64,000 bases of DNA from Candidatus Latescibacterota bacterium (lineage in GTDB: Bacteria > Latescibacterota > UBA2968 > GCA-2709665). Positions 28,324 through 38,020 of this stretch are shown here, in pieces. The translations under genes and the position numbers were made by a program. Positions within the stretch are counted from its first letter, which is position 1, and every line of letters starts with the position of its first letter. The notes beneath the pieces are model-generated. The model saw only the letters and a program-made list of their open reading frames with translations. It was not told the origin of the DNA and did no database searches. The DNA is taken from the NCBI GenBank assembly GCA_965237675.1, contig OZ250150.1, positions 416,001-480,000 of the forward strand, written 5' to 3'.

Positions 28324-29853
28324 ATGGGGGAGAATGCGCAAATGGCGGATAATCTGGACCGGTTGAACACGGACAAGGGCAGCGGCGACGGGTTTCTACT
28401 CATGGACGGAATCGAGTCCGTTTATCACGTGGCGCAGGCCGTGTGCGAGGCCGAAAAGCATCCCCTCAACCCGGTACTTCCGGTGGGCGACTCGCACGAG
28501 TGGGATTCCACGCACTGCGCACCGTGGTCGTCGCCCTCCGTTATCTACGACGACGAAGACAAGCTCTTCAAGGCCTGGTACGCGGGTTCCGACATCGCGC
28601 CTTCGCGATGGTGGGCAACCGGTTACGCGTTCAGCGAGGACGGGGTCAACTGGCACAAACCCGAGCTGGGCCTGTACGAGTACAACGGGAGCAAGAAAAA
28701 CAACATCGTCCTCGACGGACGAGGACCGATCATCAAGGACGACACCGAGCCGGACCCGAACAAGCGATTCAAGGGGATCAAGCGCAGCTTCGGCGGACAG
28801 GCGGTCTATGCCCGCAAGGGCGCCCGGGCGAACTACTCGCCCGATGGGATCCACTGGACCGAGGGTCCGAATATCGACCTGCCCGAGTGGTTCCGGGGTC
28901 CTCCGGATATCGGCGTGCTCGTCCGCGACGACCAGGACCCTGACCCCACGCGGCGGTACAAGTCGGTTTTCCAGGAGATGGTGCCGTTCGACAAGCCGGA
29001 TATCAAGCGCCATGCCGATCGGTACCGCGGCCTCGGCCGCGCCAAGATTCTGGCGTACGGCCCGGACATCGAGCACTTTCGACGGGCGGAAGAAAACCCT
29101 CTGCTTTCCCCTGCCGACGGCCTCGAGTACGAGGACCATCACATCATGATGTCGCCGTACGGGGGCGCGTGGATCATCTGCTACGAGTACGGCTGGTACG
29201 TGCCGAGCCGCTACGGCTGCTACGGGATGTACTCGGCGGACATTCGCCTGGCGGCCAGCGGAGACGGGCTCAATTTCCACCGCGTGAATCCTCACCAGAA
29301 GGTCATCAGCCGCGGCGCCCACGGCGAGTGGGACGGGGGGCTGCTCATTATTACGGATAAGCCGGCTGTCAAGGACGGGACCATCTACATGTTCTATGGC
29401 GGATCGGGCGAAGAATTCACGAGCTGGCCGCCGGAGAACGAGATCCCCGAGTTCATTCATGAAATGGGGAGCGGAAGCGCGCGCATGGCGCGGATGGGCC
29501 TGGCCACGCTTCGCGAGGACGGGTTCACGTGCCTGGAGACCCCGGACCGCGAGACGCCAGGCCACGCGACGACGGCGCCGCTGGCGCTGACCGATCGATC
29601 GACCGCGCTGACGGTCAACGTGGGAGACGTTCGACAGAACCGCAACTGGGTCGAAGTTGAAGTCCTCGATGCGGATTCCGGCGAGCCGATTCCGGGATAT
29701 GGATGCGAGGACTGCGACGATATCTACGTCGACGGACTGCGGCGCCCCGTGAAATGGGGCGGCAAATGCCTTGCCGACGTCGGTCGGGACCGGTTCAAGT
29801 TGCGCTTTTGGCTCTATGGCGCGGCACGGCTCTATGGATACAAATTCGTCTGA
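28324..29853 (+). CDS. GH32-like beta-propeller plus beta-sandwich protein
   Basis: KHPLNPVL, FKAWY, SEDGVNWHKPELGL, SPDGIHW, GLATLREDGF, LTVN, EPIPGY, LRFWL..ARLYGY. Confidence 0.7.
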   Translation: MGENAQMADNLDRLNTDKGSGDGFLLMDGIESVYHVAQAVCEAEKHPLNPVLPVGDSHEWDSTHCAPWSSPSVIYDDEDKLFKAWYAGSDIAPSRWWATGYAFSEDGVNWHKPELGLYEYNGSKKNNIVLDGRGPIIKDDTEPDPNKRFKGIKRSFGGQAVYARKGARANYSPDGIHWTEGPNIDLPEWFRGPPDIGVLVRDDQDPDPTRRYKSVFQEMVPFDKPDIKRHADRYRGLGRAKILAYGPDIEHFRRAEENPLLSPADGLEYEDHHIMMSPYGGAWIICYEYGWYVPSRYGCYGMYSADIRLAASGDGLNFHRVNPHQKVISRGAHGEWDGGLLIITDKPAVKDGTIYMFYGGSGEEFTSWPPENEIPEFIHEMGSGSARMARMGLATLREDGFTCLETPDRETPGHATTAPLALTDRSTALTVNVGDVRQNRNWVEVEVLDADSGEPIPGYGCEDCDDIYVDGLRRPVKWGGKCLADVGRDRFKLRFWLYGAARLYGYKFV

Positions 29854-29888
29854 GGGATCCGGCCGTACCGCGCGGAATCGAGATTTCC

Positions 29889-31718
29889 ATGGAAGAGCAA
29901 CAGACGTCCGACGTGATTGTGGCAAGAGACGTGATGGTCCCCATGCGGGACGGCGTGCGCCTGGCCACCGACCTCTACTTTCCCGGGAAAGTCGCGCACG
30001 AACGAACCGGAACCTTTCCCGCCGTCCTGAACAGGACGCCGTACAACAAACGTGGCGGTGCGGACACGGCGAGTTTTTTCGCGCGTCACGGCTATATGTC
30101 CGTGGTGCAGGACTGCCGGGGACGCTATGGTTCAGAGGGCGTGTTCTTTCCGTTCATAGACGATCCCGAGGACGGATACGACACCATCCAGTGGATCGCC
30201 GATCACCCGTCGTGCAACCGGAAGGTGGGAATGTACGGGTGTTCCTACGATGCATGGGTGCAGTTCCACGCGGCCACCCGGAACCCCCCGGCGCTGGCCA
30301 CGATGATCCCGTTTGAAGGACCTATCAACGCCTACCATTACAGCATGCGCGAGGGCGGCGCCCTGCATCTGGGGCTTCTGAACTGGGCGGTCCGGATGTC
30401 GACCACGAGCCAGGAGGCGCGGGCGAACCCGGCGATCGCCGAAGCCATACGGCCGATGTCCGCCGACGGGCGGCAATTCCTGGAATGGGCTTCCCGAATC
30501 CCCTGGCGGCGCGGTCAGACTCCGCTGGCGATGGTGCCCCAGTACGAGGACGTCGTTTTCCAGCTTTATTTTGAAAATAACGATTATTCGGAATTCTGGC
30601 GGCAGCCCGGACTCGCCATGGACGAGTATTTCGATTCGTTTCCCGACATGCCCATCCTTTGGATGGTGGGCTGGTACGACTGGTATCCCAGGACGATTAT
30701 CGACGGGTTTCAGAAGATGGTGAAGATGAACCGGAAGCACCAGCATCTGCTCGTGGGTCCCTGGACGCACGGCAACTGTAAACCCACCTGCGGCGACGTG
30801 CACTTCGGGCCGGAGGGCGGTCTCCATTTCCACCAAGATTTTCTTCAGCTCTACCTTCAGTGGTTCAACCGGTGGCTCAAGGAGGACGACGCGGTAGACG
30901 TGGGCAGCGCCGTGCGGATGTTCCGAATGGGCGGCGGCGATGGCAGCCGCGACCGGGATGGACTCCTGAAGCACGGCGGGAAGTGGTTCAGCGTGGGTGG
31001 CTGGCCGCCGGAGGGCTCCCGTGAGACGCCTTATTATATCCACAAAGACGGGACCCTGTCGGCCGAGGCGCCCTCCGCGGAAAACGCATCCACGACGTAT
31101 ACCTACGACCCGCGCGATACCGTGTCCAGCAACGGCCGCTGTATCATCCCCTACGGTCCGATGAAGGAGGGGTGGTTCAAGGGGATGGGGCCCCGCGACC
31201 AGATCGAGATCGAGACCCTTCCCGGTCATGGTATTCCGGGCATGCCCATCGCCTCGCGGCCGGATGTTCTGGTCTTCCAGACCGCGCCGTTGGATGCGGA
31301 CGTCTCCATTGCGGGGAACATCGAGGGGATTCTGTGGATTTCCTCGGACGCGCCCGATACGGATTTCTTTTTGAAGCTGCTCGACGTATATTCCTCCAGC
31401 CTGGATTATCCGAACGGATACGCCTTACCGGTTTCCGAGGGCATCCTGCGCGTGCGATACAGGGACAGCTTCGAACGGCCCTGTCCGATGGAACCGGGAA
31501 CGGTATATCGCATCGAAATCGACATGCAGCCGTCCGCAAATCTGTTCAGAGCCGGCCATCGCATCCGCCTGGATATCTGCAGCAGCAACTTTCCCAACTA
31601 CGACATCAACCGGAACACCGGCGATCCGGACGACAGAAGCTGGCGGATCGCACAAAACACGGTCTATCATGAAGCCGGGCGAGGTTCGTTTGTTCAACTG
31701 CCCATCTGGACGGCGTGA
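29889..31718 (+). CDS. CocE/NonD-family serine hydrolase
   Basis: MVPMRDGVRLATDLY, RTPYNK, QDCRGRYGSEG, DGYDTIQW, GCSY, GWYD, GPWTHG, GHRIRLDI.SSNFP. Confidence 0.93.
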   Translation: MEEQQTSDVIVARDVMVPMRDGVRLATDLYFPGKVAHERTGTFPAVLNRTPYNKRGGADTASFFARHGYMSVVQDCRGRYGSEGVFFPFIDDPEDGYDTIQWIADHPSCNRKVGMYGCSYDAWVQFHAATRNPPALATMIPFEGPINAYHYSMREGGALHLGLLNWAVRMSTTSQEARANPAIAEAIRPMSADGRQFLEWASRIPWRRGQTPLAMVPQYEDVVFQLYFENNDYSEFWRQPGLAMDEYFDSFPDMPILWMVGWYDWYPRTIIDGFQKMVKMNRKHQHLLVGPWTHGNCKPTCGDVHFGPEGGLHFHQDFLQLYLQWFNRWLKEDDAVDVGSAVRMFRMGGGDGSRDRDGLLKHGGKWFSVGGWPPEGSRETPYYIHKDGTLSAEAPSAENASTTYTYDPRDTVSSNGRCIIPYGPMKEGWFKGMGPRDQIEIETLPGHGIPGMPIASRPDVLVFQTAPLDADVSIAGNIEGILWISSDAPDTDFFLKLLDVYSSSLDYPNGYALPVSEGILRVRYRDSFERPCPMEPGTVYRIEIDMQPSANLFRAGHRIRLDICSSNFPNYDINRNTGDPDDRSWRIAQNTVYHEAGRGSFVQLPIWTA

Positions 31719-31911
31719 CGGGATCGCCGCATCCGGCGGGTGCGAAACCTGGGCAGGCGCCGGGTAAAGGGCAGAAGCGTGACGACCAGGCATGTCACGC
31801 GGAAATGCCGGCCCCAGGGATACCGTAGGGTCGAAGGAGTATAAATTGAGATCCGAAGGGATAGCGTCTGCTCCTGAGATTCGTGAACTTGCGTGCAGAA
31901 AATTGCTCTGC

Positions 31912-32910
31912 ATGGATATTCTGGAAGAACCGATCGTGGTGTCGGGCTTCGCCTGGCTGGATCGGGAGCGACGGTTCTGCCGGCTGCCGGTTGACGTTTT
32001 GCCGGACATGAGCGATTCCGTCCGGAGCTTGGCCTGGCACACCTCGGGCGGCAGGGGTCGTTTCAGGACGGATTCCGGCACGATCGCCATCCGTGTGGAG
32101 TTGGCGGAAGTCGTCGACATGCCGCACATGCCGCGGTCCGGAAATTCCGGATTCGACATTTATGAGGGAGTCGGAAAAGAGAAGCGGTTTATAAACGCCG
32201 CCAGACCACCCATGAATGAGCAGGTATACGAGACGCTCCTGGTCGATGGACCGGGCTGCGGCATGCGGGAGTGGACGCTGAATTTCCCGATTTACAACGG
32301 CGTCAACCGGGTTGTTGTCGGACTGGACCCGGGCGCGCAAATCGACCCGCCCTCGCCGTTCACGGTTGAGAAGCCGCTACTGTTCTACGGATCGTCAATC
32401 ACGCACGGAGGCTGCGCGTCCCGGCCCGGGAACACGTACCCCCACGTCCTGGCGCGTTGGCTGGATGCGAACCTGGTCAACTTCGGATTCAGTGGAAGCG
32501 CCAGGGGTGAACCGGCCATGGCCCGCCTGATCGCGACGGTGGACATGAGTGTCTTTATTATGGATTACGACCACAATGCGCCGACGGCCGAGCATCTGGA
32601 GCAGACACACGAGGCGTTCTTCCGAATTGTGAGGGAAGCCCGTCCCGAGCTACCCGTTGTGATCGTTTCGAGTCCCTCAATCAATGCCGATCCGTCACGC
32701 TGGGTGGAGAGGAGGGAGATCGTCCGCAGGACGTACGAGAATGCATTGAGACGCGGCGACACCCGGGTCTGGTTTGTGGATGGCGAGACCCTTTTTGGCA
32801 TAACCGACAGGGATGGCTGTACCGTCGACGGGGTTCACCCGAACGATCTGGGTTTTATGCGCATGGCCAAAGCGATTCGTCCGTCGGTCGAGGCCGCCTG
32901 CCTCGCATAA
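31912..32910 (+). CDS. SGNH/GDSL hydrolase with GxDLY-type N-terminal domain
   Basis: RFRTDS, SGFDIY, FYGSSITHG, NFGFSG, DHN, DGVHPNDLG. Confidence 0.9.
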   Translation: MDILEEPIVVSGFAWLDRERRFCRLPVDVLPDMSDSVRSLAWHTSGGRGRFRTDSGTIAIRVELAEVVDMPHMPRSGNSGFDIYEGVGKEKRFINAARPPMNEQVYETLLVDGPGCGMREWTLNFPIYNGVNRVVVGLDPGAQIDPPSPFTVEKPLLFYGSSITHGGCASRPGNTYPHVLARWLDANLVNFGFSGSARGEPAMARLIATVDMSVFIMDYDHNAPTAEHLEQTHEAFFRIVREARPELPVVIVSSPSINADPSRWVERREIVRRTYENALRRGDTRVWFVDGETLFGITDRDGCTVDGVHPNDLGFMRMAKAIRPSVEAACLA

Positions 32911-32987
32911 CGTACCAGGCGGACCTGATCCGGAATTCGGAGTCGGAAATCAGGAAGAAAAAAGATCCACGGCACAAGGAGGCTTAT

Positions 32988-34052
32988 ATGGAAACGCGTA
33001 TTTTTCACGGCAGTCCCGCGGAGATCGGAAAGGCCCAGGGCGCGATGGACCCGGAGGCGGCCCAGGACTATCTGAAGTTCTGGCAGGCTCGTCCGCACGA
33101 TTTCGACGCTTCCTACTTTCGAAAGAATATGGCGTTCATGCGGCGGGAATTCCCCAATATGATCGAGCAGATCGAGGCGTTCGGTGAGGCGGCTGGAATG
33201 GCCTCTTTCGAGCACGCGTACTTTGGCCATATACTCTGGACGGGCCCCATCGGGGATGCCTGCTCCACCCTGGGAATCGTGCTGGAAGACGACGGACCCG
33301 CGATGTTGTCCACCAACGATGGAGGGACGGATACGGTGCCGGGGACCGTATCGAGTACCGTTGTTTCCACATTTCCCGACACGAAACCGCACGGGATGAT
33401 GGGGTTGGGCACCGCGCGACAGGTCACCGTCGGGATGGCGGTCAACGATTCCGGTCTGGCCGTGGGCGCCAACTCCGGGCACCGGAAGTTCAATTTCGTC
33501 TCCAATCCAGAACACTTGAACCTTTACTTCGTGGTTCACCTGCTGGCGCAGCACTGCGGAGACTGCGATGACGTCCGCCATTTCGTGGACCAGTACCGCC
33601 TTTCCGGGCAGAAGGGGATGAACCTGGTCACGGTCGACGCCGAGGGGAATATGCTGGGCCTGGAACTGGAGTCGGAAAATGTGGCCATTTCAGAGGCGCA
33701 GGACGGGATGCTCCTGGAGGTCAACCACTGGCGGCATCCGAGGCTCCGGAATCCGTCGCGCGAGGCGGACCCCGATTTCTGGGACGGGCCATACTATTAC
33801 AACTCCCAGGCCCGCGTCATGTATTTCGAGCACTATCGAAACGTGTTCGCGCGGATGAAGACAATGCAGGAACTTGTGGACTTTTCGTTTGATGTCCACG
33901 CGCCGGGACGTATCCTGCAGATGCACGGGCTGAATGTGGGCGATCTGATCTCCTGCCAGGTGATGTTCGCGACCACGAGAGATCGACGCATGCGGCTCTA
34001 CCTCCATCCGATCGAAAAAGACGATTACGAGGAGTTCGAATTTCCGAACTGA
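32988..34052 (+). CDS. Peptidase C45-family Ntn hydrolase (paralogue of 27123-28223)
   Basis: RBS AAGGAGG; YFRKNMAFMRREFP, DA|CSTLG, SGHRKFN, YYYNSQ.R, FSFDVHAPGR shared with the paralogue. Confidence 0.8.
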   Translation: METRIFHGSPAEIGKAQGAMDPEAAQDYLKFWQARPHDFDASYFRKNMAFMRREFPNMIEQIEAFGEAAGMASFEHAYFGHILWTGPIGDACSTLGIVLEDDGPAMLSTNDGGTDTVPGTVSSTVVSTFPDTKPHGMMGLGTARQVTVGMAVNDSGLAVGANSGHRKFNFVSNPEHLNLYFVVHLLAQHCGDCDDVRHFVDQYRLSGQKGMNLVTVDAEGNMLGLELESENVAISEAQDGMLLEVNHWRHPRLRNPSREADPDFWDGPYYYNSQARVMYFEHYRNVFARMKTMQELVDFSFDVHAPGRILQMHGLNVGDLISCQVMFATTRDRRMRLYLHPIEKDDYEEFEFPN

Positions 34053-34110
34053 CCACGCGGTAGGAACGAAGTCGCGAACAACGGCATCCATGGGCTTCCG
34101 TAGCCTGAGG

Positions 34111-34127
34111 TGTCGCATTTTGCGACA
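34111..34127. promoter_or_regulatory. Perfect palindrome, possible regulator binding site
   Basis: TGTCGCA-TTT-TGCGACA upstream of the barrel gene. Confidence 0.35.
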
Positions 34128-34330
34128 GAAAATGGCGCGCCGAATGAAGATGTTTATTGCGATTCGGACGCGAATATTGTAGACTTTAGGGTAAACTCGT
34201 CGATTCACCGATGTCAGGCCAATGGCAGGGAATCGCAAGCCACCTTCAGGCGCGGTTTTTCACAAATTCGTCCCCCGGTTTGCCCGACACTGTCCGGCAA
34301 ACCGGGGGACGTATCGAAAAGGAGCATGAT

Positions 34331-35251
34331 TTGAGGCACGCAAAAAAAATCCCGTACACGTACGTGCAGATTGCGAACCTGAAGTTTTTCTCACGAATGG
34401 TCCCCGTTTTCATCGTCGCCCTCGGTATCCTTGCGCCCAGGGCCGCCTTTGCGGGCGCGTGGACGTTGGAAAAGGGCGAGGTGTGGAGTAAGATCACCGG
34501 TCTGTACCAGGCCACCAGCAAACACTACGGCCAGGATGGAGACGCGAGCCAGTTCCCCGCCGATTACAGCGCTCGAGAGGTGTATCTCGACGTGTTTTAC
34601 GGCGTGACGAAACGCTTCGACATCGGCGTGCAGTTCGTCGCCATAAACAGGAAGTTTGAGAATTTCACCGCAGACGTGCACCGATCCGCATTCGGGTATC
34701 GCGCCAAGGAATCAGGTTTGGGCGATATTCGCGCCTTCGCCAAGATCAACCTCGTGCACGAACCTGTAGTGGGCACCCTGAAGCTTGGAATCAAATCCCC
34801 ATCCGGCAAATTCCGCACCGCGCCTGAGGCCATGTCCGCCAGCGATGGGCAATGGGATATCGAAGTTGTCGCGCAAATCGGCAAGTCCTACTGGCCCGTA
34901 CCGGCATACGCCAACGTGGAACTCGGGTATCGTCTCCGGCAGACCAACGAGACCATCCACCACGACCCCGACGACGAGTTGATTTACAACGCCGAGGCCG
35001 GTTACAGTCCCGTCGAAAGGCTTACCCTTGCCCTCAAACTGGAAGGCATCTCCGGCGCCGGCAGACGCATCACCTACCTGATACCCACGGCCTTTGTAAA
35101 CCTTCCTCAGAATCTGAGCGTCGAAGCCGCGGCGCGTGTGACCGTCCTCGGACGCGCCGACCCGTCGGTGGGTCCTCCGCCACATACGTATTTCGCCGGC
35201 TCCACATGGATGCTGGGTATCTCCTATACCGGAAACCTGATGATGCGCTAG
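34331..35251 (+). CDS. Outer-membrane beta-barrel protein (putative transporter)
   Basis: Signal-like segment then AGAWTLEKGE; YGVT, SGLGDI, ELGYRLR, alternating strands. Start uncertain (TTG 34331 after AAGGAG, or ATG 34397). Confidence 0.65.
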   Translation: MRHAKKIPYTYVQIANLKFFSRMVPVFIVALGILAPRAAFAGAWTLEKGEVWSKITGLYQATSKHYGQDGDASQFPADYSAREVYLDVFYGVTKRFDIGVQFVAINRKFENFTADVHRSAFGYRAKESGLGDIRAFAKINLVHEPVVGTLKLGIKSPSGKFRTAPEAMSASDGQWDIEVVAQIGKSYWPVPAYANVELGYRLRQTNETIHHDPDDELIYNAEAGYSPVERLTLALKLEGISGAGRRITYLIPTAFVNLPQNLSVEAAARVTVLGRADPSVGPPPHTYFAGSTWMLGISYTGNLMMR

Positions 35252-35302
35252 CCGCTCCATTGGGGGAACCCGCCGTCGTCTATGTAGCGACAAGAAGAAA
35301 AC

Positions 35303-35344
35303 AAAACAGAGGGGAAGGGGCGATTGCCCCTTCCCCTGTTTTTC
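35303..35344 (+). terminator. Rho-independent terminator
   Basis: GGGGAAGGGGC-GATT-GCCCCTTCCCC followed by TGTTTTT. Confidence 0.8.
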
Positions 35345-35508
35345 AACTCTCGAATACAAACCGCAACAATCGAAGCCAGACTGAACGAGAGTCCGAGAAA
35401 TAAAGACATGATTCGTCAAGGACAACGGCCCACCGACTTTCGCGTCTTCACTTCGCCATCACTCCCCTCTACTGGAGTCGCCACCTTCGGGTGGAGACGC
35501 AAGCGGCC

Positions 35509-35662
35509 TTAACAGCCCGTTGAAAAAGTCCATCCGGGCTGCGTCCGGCCCTTGTGGCCGAATTACTGCGTTGCACTCCCTCCCCGAATCCCCCGATTCG
35601 ACGCGGTCGCGCGCCTTGTCTTCGGCCTCGCCTGCAGAGCGACTTTTAAAACGGACTGTTAA
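35509..35662. mobile_element. MITE-like element (~150 bp)
   Basis: Terminal IRs TTAACAGCCCGTTGAAAAAGTC / GACTTTTAAAACGGACTGTTAA with TTAA at both ends; structured core. Confidence 0.65.
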
Positions 35663-35719
35663 CGTCAGTGTTTTCATCTGGTGCATTTGACAAAGCGTCG
35701 CCGTTCCGTCCCCGGGCTT

Positions 35720-36136
35720 TCAGACAAAGGGATCGACGAGTTCTACACCGCGGGCTTCGAAATCGCGACGATTTCGGGTCGCCAGGGGTAATCCGTTAGT
35801 CAGGGCGGTGGCGGCAATGAGGCTGTCTTTGATCGGCATCGGCTTTCCGAGAAAACGGAGACGCGCCAGCAGTTCGGCCCAGCGCAATCCCGTCTCGGCA
35901 TCCCACGGGACACAGTGAATGCGACGGGCGACATCGTCGAACCAACGCTCGAGCGCGCGACGCCGACGCCCCGGTGGCAGCAGAAGGATCCCAAAGCGAA
36001 TTTCTCCCAGGATCACAGGATCGACGGCCAGGTCGCGTTCGGTACGCGCCAACCATTCGATCACCCGCGGATCCGGCCTCGGCTGGGTCGCTTCGCACAG
36101 TACGTTGGCATCGACGAGATACATCACTGCGGCCAT
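35720..36136 (-). CDS. vapC: VapC-family PIN-domain toxin
   Basis: YLVDANVLCE, LGEIRFG, DSLIAATA..L.LATRNRRDF, VDPF. Confidence 0.92.
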   Translation of the reverse strand: MAAVMYLVDANVLCEATQPRPDPRVIEWLARTERDLAVDPVILGEIRFGILLLPPGRRRRALERWFDDVARRIHCVPWDAETGLRWAELLARLRFLGKPMPIKDSLIAATALTNGLPLATRNRRDFEARGVELVDPFV

Positions 36137-36366
36137 CCAAGGGAGTCGGTAGACTCCGATTCGATCGGCACGAACCAGCCTTTTTCAGGACACGCCAGGA
36201 GTGTGTTCAACAGCCCGTGGTTCATTGGGGGGTCGGCAACGACCAGGCGATATTCGCCTTTGTCCACCCGTTCTATTGCAAACGATTGGCCAGGTTCGAG
36301 CTTGTCCTGATGGCGAAACTCGGCCGGAATGACAATCTGACCCTTGGATGAAAGGACTGTCTTCAT
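36124..36366 (-). CDS. AbrB/MazE-type antitoxin (VapB)
   Basis: MKTVLSSKGQIVIPAEFR....LEPG; overlaps vapC. Confidence 0.88.
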   Translation of the reverse strand: MKTVLSSKGQIVIPAEFRHQDKLEPGQSFAIERVDKGEYRLVVADPPMNHGLLNTLLACPEKGWFVPIESESTDSLGWPQ

Positions 36367-36402
36367 AGGAAGTAAGATAACGTCTTACGTCGGGATTGTC
36401 AA
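36367..36402 (-). promoter_or_regulatory. vapBC promoter/operator, probably leaderless
   Basis: Minus strand TTGACA-17bp-TATCTT-7nt-ATG; palindrome GTAAGA-N5-TCTTAC. Confidence 0.65.
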
Positions 36403-36706
36403 TACCCGTCTTGCATGGTCTGTCCTGGCAGTCTGATGCGCCATATCGGACAACCGTGGTTCTGATAACCACACGTATGATCGGTGAATCTACGAATAGA
36501 TCTGGCTATCGGGCCCTTTGCTCGACCGGGAAGGTGCTTTATTGAAAATATAGCGCCCCGATCCTCAACCGAATGGCCCGGCAACGGAAGGGTTCGCCCT
36601 TTACATTATCCGGTATCCACGGTATTTTCTCTTCGCGGAAAGTGGATGACAGGGCCGTGCACCGGATAGAGAAAGGTACGGATTGGCTGGAGAAGGCGCA
36701 GGGTTG

Positions 36707-37789
36707 ATGCAGATCCGGCGAGCGATTGGACTTTGCGGGTTTGTTTTTGTGTGCGCGGCGATACAGGCCGAGGCCCAGACCCTGGTTTCGGAGGTGTCGC
36801 CTTTGACGGAAAGACACCGCGGGGTCTGTTTCGTGGCCGGGCCGGGCCGCCCCGCGGACGAGGCTTTCGACCGCCTGGCTGCGCTGAACGTGAACTGGAT
36901 TTCCCAGACGCCGTTCGGATGGCAGCGAAGCATCGACGCCCCGGAGGTGATCCTGGCGACTTCCGGGCGGGTCTGGTGGGGGGAATCGGACGAGGGATTG
37001 GCGGAGACCGCCCGGCGGGCGCGGCAGCGGGGCCTCCGGACGGTGCTGAAGCCTCACGTCTGGATCCGGGACCGCAGCGATGGAAGGTGGCGCGGTAATA
37101 TTGATTTTGCGACCCGGGCCGAATGGGATACGTGGTGGGCGAGCTATCGGAGGTTCATCCTCCATTACGCCCAATTGGCGGAGACATGCGGGATGGAGGC
37201 GCTGTGTGTCGGGACGGAGCTTCGCAGCAGCGTGTTGAAGCGCCCCGACGCATGGCGCAGGCTGATTGTGGACGTAAGGGCGGTGTACGGGGGCGAACTG
37301 ACCTATTCGGCGAACTGGTACCGGGAGTTCGAGGAGGTGCCTTTCTGGGACGCGCTCGACTACATCGGTATACAGGTCTATTTCCCGCTGGCGGACAGCA
37401 CCGGCAGCAGGTTGACGCTCGACGAATTAAAGGCGGCGTGGGCGCCCCACGTCAAGCGGATCGAGGCGCTGCAGCAACGGGTGGGAAAGCCGGTGCTTTT
37501 TACGGAGGTGGGCTACCGGAGCACGGCGGATTCGGCCATGGAGCCGTGGGTCTGGCGGTCGGGGGCGCCGGTGGACCTTGAACTGCAGGCGACCTGTTAC
37601 GAGGCGATGTTCCAGACTTTCTGGCACCGCCCCTGGTTTGCAGGCACACACATCTGGAAGTGGTTCCCCGAGGGAAGCATGCGGTTTGGAGGGCGGCGCG
37701 CAAGTCGCCGGGAACGGGGTTTTACGCCACAGGGAAAGCCGGCGGAAGCCGTGCTTGCCAGGTGGTACAGGGGGGCCGGGATCGAGTGA
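36707..37789 (+). CDS. Secreted glycoside hydrolase family 113-like TIM barrel
   Basis: Signal peptide; LKPHVW, WRG.I, VGTEL, YSANW, FWDALDYIG, FTEVGYRS, FTPQGKPAE. Confidence 0.85.
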   Translation: MQIRRAIGLCGFVFVCAAIQAEAQTLVSEVSPLTERHRGVCFVAGPGRPADEAFDRLAALNVNWISQTPFGWQRSIDAPEVILATSGRVWWGESDEGLAETARRARQRGLRTVLKPHVWIRDRSDGRWRGNIDFATRAEWDTWWASYRRFILHYAQLAETCGMEALCVGTELRSSVLKRPDAWRRLIVDVRAVYGGELTYSANWYREFEEVPFWDALDYIGIQVYFPLADSTGSRLTLDELKAAWAPHVKRIEALQQRVGKPVLFTEVGYRSTADSAMEPWVWRSGAPVDLELQATCYEAMFQTFWHRPWFAGTHIWKWFPEGSMRFGGRRASRRERGFTPQGKPAEAVLARWYRGAGIE

Positions 37790-37908
37790 AACTGGTCAGC
37801 AGGCATATCGGCAAATTTGTCGTGAATCGGGAAGTGGAAGCAAAGACAGTCGTTTTGTCTCGGATGATTGATGCGCTCCAGCGATACCTCTAACAAATGG
37901 TTGAAAAG

Positions 37909-38020
37909 GTGGAGCAGACATTCTTGTCTGCTCACATACATCAAACCGAAATCACAGAATCCCGTGTCCGGGCAAGCCACGACTCACCGCCGTCTCCCCC
38001 ACTGGCAAAAGGACGGCGCT
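37909..38020 (+). pseudogene. REP palindrome plus 5' fragment of a REP-associated tyrosine transposase (RAYT)
   Basis: GTGGAGCAGACA-TTCT-TGTCTGCTC followed by codons HRRLPHWQKDGA, a typical RAYT N-terminus, fused into hsdM. Confidence 0.55.

Noticed and set aside
3277-31229. Long antisense or alternate-frame ORFs (e.g. 3277-4695, 8312-10264, 16642-18486, 19804-21249, 28396-29925)
   Set aside because: Shadow ORFs of GC-rich genes; Arg/Pro/Gly-rich with no motifs, overlapping well-supported CDSs.
34223-34238. Sigma-54 promoter (TGGCAGGGAATCGCA)
   Set aside because: GG-to-GC spacing is 9 nt, not the required 10.
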